DNA of 64,000 nucleotides from Promethearchaeota archaeon (GCA_019058365.1 JAHPZE010000011.1:32001-96000), one strand, 5' to 3'; positions 51,658 to 61,633 are shown, counted from the stretch's first letter. Notes: generated by a model from the sequence alone, not told the origin. Numbers and translations: made by a program.

Positions 51658-51677
51658 ATTATTAAGAACCTAACTAA
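51658..51677. promoter_or_regulatory. Putative MarR operator (autoregulatory copy)
   Basis: ATTATTAAGAACCTAACTAA, 15/20 match to the palindrome at 52239. Confidence 0.6.
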
Positions 51678-51680
51678 GAT

Positions 51681-52157
51681 TTGATAATAATGGATGATAA
51701 GAATTCTTCAAAATCTTTAGATATTTATTGTCAACCAGAAGATATTGTTGAAGTTTTTGAACTTATTAACACATTAAATAAAAAATATGAAAAAATACAA
51801 CGTGAAAATATACAACAATTGGAGCTTACACCTACACAACATCTAATACTAAGAGAATTATGGAGATCTGATGGTCAACAATTTAAAAATTTAGCGGAAA
51901 CATGTAATTGTTCTAGATCCACAATTACAGGTGTAGTAGACACAATGGAGAAGAACGATTTGGTATCTCGTGACTCACATCCTAACGATAGAAGAAGCTT
52001 GCTGGTTAGACTTACAAAAAAGGGAAAGGACTTAAGAACTAAAACACCTCGATTAGAATCAATGGTAAATGGATGTTGTCCTGGAATCAATGAGGAAGAA
52101 ATAAAAAAATTAGGAGAATTACTCCAAAAACTACTGAATTCACTAACTTCTTTATGA
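51681..52157 (+). CDS. MarR family regulator with Cys residues
   Basis: LTPTQHLIL, CNCSRSTITGVVDTME, DRRSLLVRLTKKG, GCCPG. Confidence 0.9.
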   Translation: MIIMDDKNSSKSLDIYCQPEDIVEVFELINTLNKKYEKIQRENIQQLELTPTQHLILRELWRSDGQQFKNLAETCNCSRSTITGVVDTMEKNDLVSRDSHPNDRRSLLVRLTKKGKDLRTKTPRLESMVNGCCPGINEEEIKKLGELLQKLLNSLTSL

Positions 52158-52200
52158 AATTATTAAATCTTCATTCAATTTTGATTCTTTTTTTAATATT

Positions 52201-52220
52201 TTTGTTAGGATCTTAATTAT
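52201..52220. promoter_or_regulatory. Putative MarR operator
   Basis: TTTGTTAGGATCTTAATTAT, 16/20 match to the palindrome. Confidence 0.65.
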
Positions 52221-52238
52221 ACGAAACAAAACTTTTAT

Positions 52239-52258
52239 ATAGTTAGGATCCTAACTAT
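52239..52258. promoter_or_regulatory. Perfect 20-bp palindromic operator abutting a TATA-like box
   Basis: ATAGTTAGGATCCTAACTAT; TTTTATATA at 52233-52241. Confidence 0.75.
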
Positions 52259-52299
52259 CACCTAACTAATTAAAAATGTTATTGAGGTTATAATTACAA

Positions 52300-52398
52300 A
52301 TGAGAGATAAAAATGAAAAATGTTGTTCTGAAGGATGTTGTGGTGAAGAGACTAAAAGTGTAAAAGAAGAAATTCAGTCAAAAGAAAGATGTTGTTAA
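52300..52398 (+). CDS. 32-aa Cys-Cys-rich peptide, metallothionein-like (not in ORF track)
   Basis: MRDKNEKCCSEGCCGEETKSVKEEIQSKERCC; SD GAGGT at 52284-52288. Confidence 0.72.
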   Translation: MRDKNEKCCSEGCCGEETKSVKEEIQSKERCC

Positions 52399-52586
52399 AG
52401 CGACAATACGATGTTTAAATCAAATCTAATTTAAAAATTATAGATCAAAATTTTTATTTTTTTAAGTTTTATTTCAAAAAAAAAATACAGATTGGATAAA
52501 ACTGTTAGTGATTAGAATTTGTTGAAAAAATGCAATCCAAAAATCGTTTTATACTATTTGTAAAATAATCAATTAACAAAATTAAT

Positions 52587-53213
52587 ATGGAGTTTAAAAA
52601 AATGAATGTACTGGGTATAGCAGGGACTCCTAGAAAGCAAGGGAATAGTGAAATCCTCTTAAGATATGCTTTAAAACCATTTAAAAATAATGGATGGGAT
52701 ATTAAAATTTTTCTTTTAAGTGCATTAACAATAAAACCTTGTAATGCCTGCGACTCATGCAAGAAAACTGGTACCTGTATTATTAATGATGATATGCAAG
52801 GGATTTACGATGCATTTCAAAGGTGTAATGCGATTATAATCTCAAGTCCTGTTTATTACCTAAATGTTAATGCTCAATTACTGTCCTTACTTGATAGATA
52901 CTATGCAGTAAATAGTACAAAACCTTTAGAAGGGAAAGTAGGTGGAGCTATTGCTGTTGGTAATGGAACAAATGGAGGTCAAACATTAGCTCTTAATGCT
53001 ATTTACACATGGATGCTCTCATGTGGAATAATATGTGTTCCTGGTGTATTAAATGGGGTAAAAGCTGTAGCAGATAAGCCAGGTGATATTTTAAGCCAAA
53101 AAAACCAGTTAAAGCAAGCAGAAATTCTTGGACTTAATATTCTAAAAGTAGCAAAAGAGTTAAAATCCATCACGAGTTTTAATAAATACCCTAAATATAA
53201 TAAAAAGGTGTGA
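52587..53213 (+). CDS. Iron-sulfur flavoprotein / flavodoxin family
   Basis: GTPRKQGNS, CNACDSC.{5}C, DDM, SPVY. Confidence 0.88.
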   Translation: MEFKKMNVLGIAGTPRKQGNSEILLRYALKPFKNNGWDIKIFLLSALTIKPCNACDSCKKTGTCIINDDMQGIYDAFQRCNAIIISSPVYYLNVNAQLLSLLDRYYAVNSTKPLEGKVGGAIAVGNGTNGGQTLALNAIYTWMLSCGIICVPGVLNGVKAVADKPGDILSQKNQLKQAEILGLNILKVAKELKSITSFNKYPKYNKKV

Positions 53214-54895
53214 TTAATATCGCAGTAGTCTATATGCGAAAGTTGGAATTAGAACCAGAGTCATACGAATCAAATTTCACAGCTCTAACAAAAGGAGCAA
53301 ATGAGGAAGTACAAGATTGGATATTGGGACGAATTAAAGCACAAGAGAAAATTCTAGAAGTAGGCTGTGGAACAGGTATTTTCGCAGCAAAAATGGCTTT
53401 AAGAGGAAATGAGGTATTTGCAATTGATAAAAACCATAGAATGATAACTACTGCAATGAAAAATTACCCTTCTAAATCAGATCTTAAATTGTTATATCAG
53501 ATAGGCACTATAGATGATCTACCAGTTCAGGATAACTCAATAGATATTATTATTAATACATTTATGCTTTCAGAACTTAGGCCCTTTGAACAACAAATTT
53601 TTCTTAGAAATGCATGGAAAGCTTTAAAACCGAATGGTCGAATGATTATAGCAGCAGAATTTATACCTACAGGTTTCTGGAAGCTTTGGTTTAACATAAA
53701 ACGTTGGTGGTATAAAAAGAAATTAAGAAGACTTAGAATAGAAAGTACATTTTTAGTGAAGTGGTTCTTTAATTATTTGGAGCCTATTGGTTTTGAAATT
53801 TCAACTATAAAAAAGTGGCGACATGGATCAATTCAGGTAATTGAATTAAAAAAGAATGACAATTTAGATGAACCTGGGTATTATCGTCCTAAATTAAGAA
53901 AAGCTAAAGGCTTTGGTTCTCAAATGAGTATTTATCGCTGTCTATTTACTGGACAAACTGATCATATACCAATTGAACCAGGTATTTACCAATCTGGTAA
54001 TCCCAATGAAAATTCTCCTATTATTGTGACAGCTAATTATGTTTATACATATATTAAAGTGATGCGTGCTCTTAAAGGAATAGATTCTTGGGTATTATGT
54101 TTAGATTCGAGAGGAATAAATGTTTGGTGTGCTGCACGAGGAAACAATTTTGGAAATAAGCAATTAATTGAAGCCGTTAAAACTACGGGAATAGCAAATA
54201 TTACTAATAAAAAGACAATTATTGTACCTCAACTCTCAGCAGGAGGAATCGCAACACCGCTGATAAAAGCTGAGGCCCCAGACTTTCCATTTAATGTTGT
54301 ATATGGTCCTGTATGGGCTAAATTTTTACCTAAATACTTAGAAGAACGTCCCGCTCGAAAACCTGATAAAATGAAATTAGCAAAATTTACAATATCGCAT
54401 CGTTTTCGAGCAGAAATTACACATACAACATTTTTACTTCGAAAGATTTTTCTATGGCCCAGTATCGCCATAATTTTATTATTTACAGGTCTAAGTTTTA
54501 TTAATCCTGTATGGATAACACAATTATTGATTGTGGGCGAAATTTGGCTTTGGATAATTATAGCAAATGCGCTTATTGCGATATTTTTTCCCATAACAAA
54601 ATTTACGAGGAAATTTATCAATAAAGGAATCATTTTTGGAGTTATTAATGTTTTATTGTTTGGTGGAATTTCTTGGCTTTTTCATTATTCTCTGTTATCC
54701 ATTCTTCTGAGTAGTATTTTTTACTTTTGGTTAGCTTTCTTTTCGACAATGTCATTTAGTGGATATACTATGGCAACAAGTCCTAGAGAAATTCAAGATG
54801 AGTATCCTATTTTCAGTAAAATTAATATGATTTTATTGATAATAGGTCTTGTTACCAAAATTATTGGGTTCATTTTTTTTAATATTTTAAAATAA
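53210..54895 (+). CDS. hgcA: Class I SAM methyltransferase fused to HgcA-like corrinoid protein
   Basis: ILEVGCGTG; IEPGIY..GNP..SPIIVTANY, GINVWCAARG, PQLSA.G, YGPV, ~5 TM helices, FSG.T..TSP..I..E. Confidence 0.85.
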   Translation: MINIAVVYMRKLELEPESYESNFTALTKGANEEVQDWILGRIKAQEKILEVGCGTGIFAAKMALRGNEVFAIDKNHRMITTAMKNYPSKSDLKLLYQIGTIDDLPVQDNSIDIIINTFMLSELRPFEQQIFLRNAWKALKPNGRMIIAAEFIPTGFWKLWFNIKRWWYKKKLRRLRIESTFLVKWFFNYLEPIGFEISTIKKWRHGSIQVIELKKNDNLDEPGYYRPKLRKAKGFGSQMSIYRCLFTGQTDHIPIEPGIYQSGNPNENSPIIVTANYVYTYIKVMRALKGIDSWVLCLDSRGINVWCAARGNNFGNKQLIEAVKTTGIANITNKKTIIVPQLSAGGIATPLIKAEAPDFPFNVVYGPVWAKFLPKYLEERPARKPDKMKLAKFTISHRFRAEITHTTFLLRKIFLWPSIAIILLFTGLSFINPVWITQLLIVGEIWLWIIIANALIAIFFPITKFTRKFINKGIIFGVINVLLFGGISWLFHYSLLSILLSSIFYFWLAFFSTMSFSGYTMATSPREIQDEYPIFSKINMILLIIGLVTKIIGFIFFNILK

Positions 54896-54943
54896 AATAG
54901 AATAAATAAAATAAACAAAATAATATAATTAGAGATAAAAAAG

Positions 54944-55249
54944 GTGGTAAAAGTAACAGTAAAACCAACCTCAATTAAGATACCGACAGTTCTTCCAAAA
55001 ATCTCGATAAATCCCGATTTGTGCACAGGTTGTGGCATATGCGGAGAAGTATGTCCGTTTGGAATACCAAAACCTAATAATGAAGGAAAATTTGAGATGT
55101 ATGAACCAGAACGCTGTACAGAATGTTCAGCTTGTAAACGAAATTGCCCGACAATGGCTATCATATTACAAGAACGAAAAGGTTGCGGTTGTTTATGGAA
55201 TGCACGTGCAGTAGCGAAAAATCCACAAATTAATAGTTGTTGTGGATAA
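54944..55249 (+). CDS. hgcB: HgcB-like 2[4Fe-4S] ferredoxin
   Basis: CTGCGICGEVCP, CTECSACKRNCP, GCGC, C-terminal CCG; directly after hgcA. Confidence 0.85.
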   Translation: MVKVTVKPTSIKIPTVLPKISINPDLCTGCGICGEVCPFGIPKPNNEGKFEMYEPERCTECSACKRNCPTMAIILQERKGCGCLWNARAVAKNPQINSCCG

Positions 55250-55288
55250 GAGATTAAACTTTCCTTAATTTTAGTTTTTTTTAGATGT

Positions 55289-56146
55289 TTAATAATCAAA
55301 CATCTTTCTCTTCTTCTCTTCAAGAAAGCTTCTTCTAGTCAAGATCTCCATTTCCGCATTTAGCCAACAAAGTTCATCATAAGTACAGCTTGAATTGAAG
55401 ACTTCCTCTGCCTTTCTCTTAATATCTTCAATAGAGGGCATATCAAGGTTTATTTTCTGAATTTTTTCAGCTAAAATCCAACATAGTTGGTCGTAAGTAT
55501 ATTCATCTAAAGAAAGATAATATGCTGCTTCCCTTATTTGTGTCTTAAAATCTGGCTCTTCTGGTTGTTCTTTTTTCTCTTCAACTTTTTTTTGTTCCTT
55601 GGGTTCCATTTCAACTTTCGCGGGAGGTTGTTCAAACTCAACGAATTTAACAGTTTCAGGAGATTCTTTTAGCTTTTTAGATAGCTCATAGCTTCTATGA
55701 TCCTTAATTTGTTGAAGCCACTCTAATATTGGTGTTTCAATTTTTCTTTCTCTCTCTTCCACAGGTACATTAAATTTAACAGGTTTTATCCTTTCAGAAG
55801 GTGTTTTTAATACAAATTCTGGTCTTCGTTCAACAGTTTTCCCTGGTATTAACCCTCTTTCAAGATCATGCATCATAGCTAAAAAGGAGCCATATTCTCT
55901 CTTTTGTTTCATGATCAAGATTTTTACTGATCCACCACGTTCTTTATCTATCTTCCGAGCAATTTCAGCAATAATATCCTTTTTTTCTTGAGGTACTTCT
56001 AAACCTACCCAAATATAAATAGTATTTTTTTCTTCGTCATCAACAAGATATCCATTATTTTCATTAAAAGATAATCTATCTATCTTAATTAATTCGCCCT
56101 CATTACTAATATTAAATAGTTTCATTACACTCTCTCTCATGAACAT
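55289..56146 (-). CDS. Gelsolin-domain protein with C-terminal helical repeat domain
   Basis: YLVDD...IYIWVG...A.IARKID.ERGG...Q.RE...FL; C-terminal IREAAYY...YDQLCW repeat. Confidence 0.78.
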   Translation of the reverse strand: MFMRESVMKLFNISNEGELIKIDRLSFNENNGYLVDDEEKNTIYIWVGLEVPQEKKDIIAEIARKIDKERGGSVKILIMKQKREYGSFLAMMHDLERGLIPGKTVERRPEFVLKTPSERIKPVKFNVPVEERERKIETPILEWLQQIKDHRSYELSKKLKESPETVKFVEFEQPPAKVEMEPKEQKKVEEKKEQPEEPDFKTQIREAAYYLSLDEYTYDQLCWILAEKIQKINLDMPSIEDIKRKAEEVFNSSCTYDELCWLNAEMEILTRRSFLEEKKRKMFDY

Positions 56147-56302
56147 TCTAACAATATAAGAATAAATAAATTAAAAATTTAAAAATCTTTTTTCCCTCTT
56201 AAGTTTTTGAATTCCTTAAGTTTAATAATATAACGTCTATTATGTTCTTATAATTATTTACTTATTTTAAATAAAATAAAATTTTTAAAAACGAGTATAG
56301 AA

Positions 56303-56788
56303 ATGACAGATAAAAAAGATTTCACGCCCCAAGAATATGAGGCTCTCATTGAAGAATTGATGATAGAAAATGAAGCTCTTAAAAAGAGGATTGCTGAAAT
56401 AGAAAACAGAGATCTGTCTTTTAAAGTTCAAGAAGAATCAATTAAAGAAACCGAAACACCTATAATTGAAGCAGAGACAAATGAACCTGTGATATTAGTT
56501 GAAGATGTAATTAAACAAGAGGAAATTAAACATTTTGAACAAAAAAAAGAGATGGTTATTTCAGAATCAACTTTCTCTAAAGATGAAGTTCCTCTCGAAA
56601 TGGGTAAAGGAAAGATTATCCAAGGAGTTTCAAGAAGAGAATGTCCTAAATGTGGGAATAAAAATAAAATGCTTATTCGAGAAACGATTGATAAAACGCA
56701 TATAATATGTGATTACCCCCGTATATGCGGTAAAAAGTACCATTGTGGTGAATGTGGCGTGGAATGGCGTGTGCCACTAGAGATGTAA
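56303..56788 (+). CDS. Coiled-coil plus C-terminal zinc-ribbon protein
   Basis: ECPKCGN...YHCGECGVEWR. Confidence 0.72.
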   Translation: MTDKKDFTPQEYEALIEELMIENEALKKRIAEIENRDLSFKVQEESIKETETPIIEAETNEPVILVEDVIKQEEIKHFEQKKEMVISESTFSKDEVPLEMGKGKIIQGVSRRECPKCGNKNKMLIRETIDKTHIICDYPRICGKKYHCGECGVEWRVPLEM

Positions 56789-56938
56789 GAATAAAATTTA
56801 AGGATTATTAGAATTTTATATTTCTTATTTTTACTTAGGGGATTATGAAAATCATCAAATTAAACATGTTCGATTTTATCTTTAAATTAAACTCTACTTT
56901 ATTAATTTTATAAAATAAAATATGAGTTTAATACAGCT

Positions 56939-57265
56939 ATGAATGATAAGAATATCAGAAAAGTAATATTAGATTTAGATTCTATGCTCGATTTTCAAGA
57001 AGGATCTGTTGTTAGCAGAGCAATTATTAATAAGGATGTTGGAACAGTAACTTTGTTTTCTTTCGATAAGGATGAGGGTTTAAGTGAACATACCGCACCA
57101 TTTGATGCCCTTGTTTACATTTTCAATGGAGAAGCGGAAATAACAATCTCAAATAAAAAATTTGTATTGAAAAAGGGCCAGATGATTATTATGCCCGCTA
57201 ATGAACCACACGCATTGAAAGCTCTGGAAAAATTTAAGATGATGTTAGTAATGATTAAATCCTAA
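56939..57265 (+). CDS. Cupin domain protein
   Basis: TLFSFD..EGLSEHTAPFDA, MPANEPHAL. Confidence 0.9.
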   Translation: MNDKNIRKVILDLDSMLDFQEGSVVSRAIINKDVGTVTLFSFDKDEGLSEHTAPFDALVYIFNGEAEITISNKKFVLKKGQMIIMPANEPHALKALEKFKMMLVMIKS

Positions 57266-57334
57266 ATACAAACAAAATTTGTAATATTTTATCTTATTTT
57301 TTTTTTTGGTAAATAAATAATTGCTGCTTAAAAA

Positions 57335-58570
57335 TCAATCTGGAGTTTTCTTTATATTTGTATCTATATTTTTTGTATAAATATATAAAAGCGTTATGAC
57401 TATTATAAAAATTATTGATACTAATAGTATCGCAAAAAAGACTCCAGTAATACCAAAAACATTTGAGAATGGTGCAAGTGTTGTCGGAACTAAAGCAATC
57501 CCTGTAAAATACGCTGCTGTCAATGATCCTGCTAAAACACCACGTCTCTCAAACGATATTACTTGACTATAATAAGTTATTGAAGTGAAAAGTATTCCTC
57601 CTGATAAACTTGCAAGAATCCAACCTAATGATAAAAGTATAAAACTATTTTGAATGGTCACATCTCCAACGACTAATAAGATCGCTAAAGAACAAACCAA
57701 TATTAATGAACCTGCAAATAATGGAATTTTTGTATCTCTTCTTTTAATCAAAAACCCAGTTAAAATTCCAGTTATAGCCGCTCCAATACCCGCAATACCC
57801 AGAATTAAACCGATTAATGTTTCATTTACAACATGAACTTGCGTTAATGTCTTCGAAATCCAAATATTTAAAGCTATATAGGTATGTGATATTAAGAATG
57901 CAGATAATATCATCAATATCACTGGAAATCGACGCCATTCTTTTGAAAGTTGAGATAATAAGATACGAATCCCTGATTCTTCTTTGATAATTTTTGGAAA
58001 ATTTTTAGTAAAGATGAAATACACTAAGCAAAAAGAAGTAATTATTATAAATAACAAATAGATCGACTGCCAACCTATTAAAATCATTTGAGATGCAATT
58101 AATGGTCCTATACCAACTCCTAAATTCGCGCTTGCACTAAGATATCCCATTTTTTTAGGGATAAGTGGTGGAGGTGTAATATCCGTCATTAAAGCTATGA
58201 GGACAGGATTTATAAAGCCAAATCCTATTCCTCCAATTATATTAGCAATTACGTACATCTCCAGATTAAATGATATTGCAGCTAGTATCATTGCTATTAA
58301 AAATAAAATTAACCCAAAAATTAATACTGGAGTTCTACCTTTAATATCTGAAATTGCACCGGAAAGAAGTTGTATTACTGCAAATGGAAACATAAAAGCA
58401 GGAATTGCAATTAATATATTATCGGGTGTAACATTGAAATCAGCAGAAAGAACACCAAATAAGACATTGATAATGTTCCCAGTTAAAGGTCCTAACAGAA
58501 AAAGTAAAAATATTACAAATTCAATTGATTTTGAAAATCTTGCAGTACGTACCTGTGAATTTTGATGCAT
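57335..58570 (-). CDS. MFS transporter
   Basis: GAISDIKGR motif A, ~12 TM helices. Confidence 0.88.
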   Translation of the reverse strand: MHQNSQVRTARFSKSIEFVIFLLFLLGPLTGNIINVLFGVLSADFNVTPDNILIAIPAFMFPFAVIQLLSGAISDIKGRTPVLIFGLILFLIAMILAAISFNLEMYVIANIIGGIGFGFINPVLIALMTDITPPPLIPKKMGYLSASANLGVGIGPLIASQMILIGWQSIYLLFIIITSFCLVYFIFTKNFPKIIKEESGIRILLSQLSKEWRRFPVILMILSAFLISHTYIALNIWISKTLTQVHVVNETLIGLILGIAGIGAAITGILTGFLIKRRDTKIPLFAGSLILVCSLAILLVVGDVTIQNSFILLSLGWILASLSGGILFTSITYYSQVISFERRGVLAGSLTAAYFTGIALVPTTLAPFSNVFGITGVFFAILLVSIIFIIVITLLYIYTKNIDTNIKKTPD

Positions 58571-58885
58571 GTTTCTACTATTGATATTTTTTATTTAAAG
58601 TATTGGGTTTTATATTAAAAAAAGCTTATAAGATATTATTAGAAAATCAGAAAAGAGGTTTTAAATTTAGTTATTAAATAACTTAAGCATGTTAGTAATA
58701 AAACAACCTTTATTGGGAGCTTTAATTAAAAAAACTCGAAAAACGTTCATTGAATATGCTGATTACTTAGCTATTGACTTGGATTTTCAAAATTTTCTTA
58801 AAAAAGTAATTAATTAAAAAGGATTTTTACAGTAATAAATTAAACAAAAAGAAAATAAAATCTTAAAAAATAATTTACAGAAAAG

Positions 58886-60403
58886 ATGACTTCTATACAA
58901 ATATTTGATGGGAGTGACACAATAGGAGGAAATAAAATCTATATAGAGGAAAATGGTAAAGGTATTTTTCTCGATTTTGGATTAAATTTCAAGAAACACG
59001 GAAAATTTTTCCAAGAATTTCTCAATTGGAGACGGTCTAGGGGTATCTTTGATCTTTTGCAATTGAATTTACTCCCTAAACTTAATATTTACCGAAAAGA
59101 TATAATTCCTTCAGATTATGATATCTCATCATTTCCTAATTTGAATATAAATGCAATATTACTCAGTCATGCCCACTTAGACCATTTTGGCAATATTGGT
59201 TTACTTAGACCTGATTTTCCAATAGTTGCATCTCCAATCACCCTAACATTAATTAAAGGGATTATAGATTGCTCTACTGCAGCTCTAGGATCTGATGCTG
59301 CCTATTTTTCTCCTAGAATCGCTATGGAAGATAATAGAGTCTTTAAAGCGGATAATTATACAGATATTGGACGAAATTTGATATGTACAGATAGCTTTCC
59401 AGATTCACTACGTAAATATTTAACGTCAACCGTTAAACAAAGAAAAAAATTTGAGGTGGGGACAATATCTCATATAAATGATTTTCCCCTTGATATTGAA
59501 GTGAAAGCTTTTGAAGTCGATCATTCCATCCTTGGAGCCACAGCCTACCTTCTTTCTGGAGAAAATACTATCGCCTATACTGGAGATTTTCGTTTACATG
59601 GGAAAAGAGGATGGAAAAGCAAAGAGTTTATTAAAAAAGCTAAGAATGCTTCTGTACTGATAATTGAAGGAACGAGAGCTACAAGTGAAGAAAGGATTGA
59701 ATCAGAAGAACTCGTCTATGAAAATTGTCTAAAGATAGCTGAAAATGCATCGGGATTAATCATAGCTGATTTTTCAGCCCGAAATTTTGAAAGACTAGAT
59801 ATATTCAAGAAAATTGCTTCGAATATTGGAAGGAAACTAATTATTACATCCAAAGATGCATTTTTACTTAATGCTATTGAAAAGGCTGAGGGCGTGGATA
59901 GATTAAGGGATCTTTTAATTTATGGAGAATTAAAAATAACCCAACCCAACTGGGAAAAATATCTCAATGAAAAGAGAGATCTGGACTACGTAGATCCTAC
60001 AAAAATATCAAAAAATCAAGAAAATTATTTACTATGTTTTTCTTTCTTTGACATGAAAAACTTGTTAGATATTAAACCTAACCAAGGAACCTATATATAT
60101 TCTTCAAGTGAAGCATTTGAAGAGGAATCAGAATTTGATTTTGTTAGATTAAATAATTGGTTAAAATACCTAGGATTTGATATTCATGGATTTGAAGTGA
60201 TTGAAGAAGGTAACAGATTAAAACCAAAATTTAGTGAGGGGTATCATGCTTCTGGACATGCTTCAAAATCCGATTTAATCAATACTGTCGAAAATATCGA
60301 TCCTGATGTCATAGTTCCGGTTCACACCGAGAATCCAGCATGGTTTAGTGAAAATTTTGATAATGTGGTTATTTTAAAAGAAAATAAGAAGTATACAATA
60401 TAA
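58886..60403 (+). CDS. MBL-fold beta-CASP hydrolase (RNase J-like)
   Basis: IGGNKI, DFG, SHAHLDH, VDHS, YTGDFR, HASGH, PVHTE. Confidence 0.88.
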   Translation: MTSIQIFDGSDTIGGNKIYIEENGKGIFLDFGLNFKKHGKFFQEFLNWRRSRGIFDLLQLNLLPKLNIYRKDIIPSDYDISSFPNLNINAILLSHAHLDHFGNIGLLRPDFPIVASPITLTLIKGIIDCSTAALGSDAAYFSPRIAMEDNRVFKADNYTDIGRNLICTDSFPDSLRKYLTSTVKQRKKFEVGTISHINDFPLDIEVKAFEVDHSILGATAYLLSGENTIAYTGDFRLHGKRGWKSKEFIKKAKNASVLIIEGTRATSEERIESEELVYENCLKIAENASGLIIADFSARNFERLDIFKKIASNIGRKLIITSKDAFLLNAIEKAEGVDRLRDLLIYGELKITQPNWEKYLNEKRDLDYVDPTKISKNQENYLLCFSFFDMKNLLDIKPNQGTYIYSSSEAFEEESEFDFVRLNNWLKYLGFDIHGFEVIEEGNRLKPKFSEGYHASGHASKSDLINTVENIDPDVIVPVHTENPAWFSENFDNVVILKENKKYTI

Positions 60404-60664
60404 TTAGGATACTACTCATAAAAAAAGTAGGTTAAATTATTTGTTTTCCTTTCTCATTAAGTTTTTCTCTTCCAAGGCTGATATTTCAAAGTAATTTTAC
60501 TTGAAACTAAAAATCTTGTTTTAAAATAGAATTAAAAAAAAGGGAATCTGTAAGATGCAAAATAAAAAAAGAAGTCTAAACACTCATTTATATGTATTTC
60601 ATATCTTCCAAAATTCCGTAAATTTAAACCTTTTTCTCTTTTTTGTTATTAATATTCTACCTTA

Positions 60665-60919
60665 TTAATAAGAAGATTTTCGGCCATGAGAACTCGTTCG
60701 AGGTCCTTTTTCAATTATTGTGACATTGCTAGCTTGTGGGCCCTTTTGACCCTCTGTAGTTTCATATTCTACTATATCCCCTTCATAGATTATCTTAAAT
60801 TCACCAGATCCTCCTTGTATGGCAGAATAATGGACAAATATATCAGGAGATCCATCATCCGGGGTTATAAATCCATAGCCTTTTTTTTTGTTAAACCACT
60901 TTACAGTTCCTTTTCCCAT
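60665..60919 (-). CDS. cspA: Cold-shock protein
   Basis: [32 protein letters not shown]. Confidence 0.93.
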   Translation of the reverse strand: MGKGTVKWFNKKKGYGFITPDDGSPDIFVHYSAIQGGSGEFKIIYEGDIVEYETTEGQKGPQASNVTIIEKGPRTSSHGRKSSY

Positions 60920-61085
60920 TGATACAACCTGAATAGAGTTGTGATATTTGGTTAAAATTGTACCAATTAAGTTTTTTAAGAATTCTGTTGATATAAGTTT
61001 AACCTAAAATTTTTAGAGACTATGCTTTCTATCAAATTAAAAAGTCTCAAGATAGAGAAATAATGATTGATCTACAATATTTATA

Positions 61086-61633
61086 ATAAACTCAAATAAT
61101 CAAAATACCATTGAAGAAGAATTACCTCGACGAGGTTCCTCTCTTTATAATCTTAATCATCCTGACAGCAAAATAAGGCAAAATACTTTAAAAAAGTTTA
61201 AGAGGATAAATAAATACTTGGTAATCCCTCTATATAAGTTAAGATTGTTACCATTATTAGGTTTTGGAAGGATTTTTCTAATCTTAACTACAAAAGGAAG
61301 AATAACAGGAAAAAAAGAAAAACGCCATTAGAATATCATTGGTTTGATGGCGTGATCACAATTTTTTCTGGTAGAGGCGAAGATGCTGGTTGGTTAAAAA
61401 ACATACGAACTAATCCAGAGTTTGTATGGGTAAGATATGGTTTTCATTCTTTCCAACCACTTGTCAAATTTGTAATAGATGATATAGACAAATTAGACAT
61501 TATTAAGTGGTATGTTACTAATCATAAAAGGTCAGCAAAATTTTTATTTGGCTGGAATCCAAAAACAGACGACCCAGAAGTTACAAATTTTTCTAAAATG
61601 TTAAATACAATAACAATAATACAACTTTTATAA
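61086..61633 (+). pseudogene. Deazaflavin (F420)-dependent nitroreductase-like gene split by a -1 frameshift in an A7 run; start uncertain
   Basis: LILTTKGRITGKK | RKTPLEY...SGRG..AGWLKNIRTNP across the A-run at 61310-61316. Confidence 0.7.

Noticed and set aside
58689-58817. ~42-aa ORF between the MFS and beta-CASP genes
   Set aside because: No SD or recognisable motif
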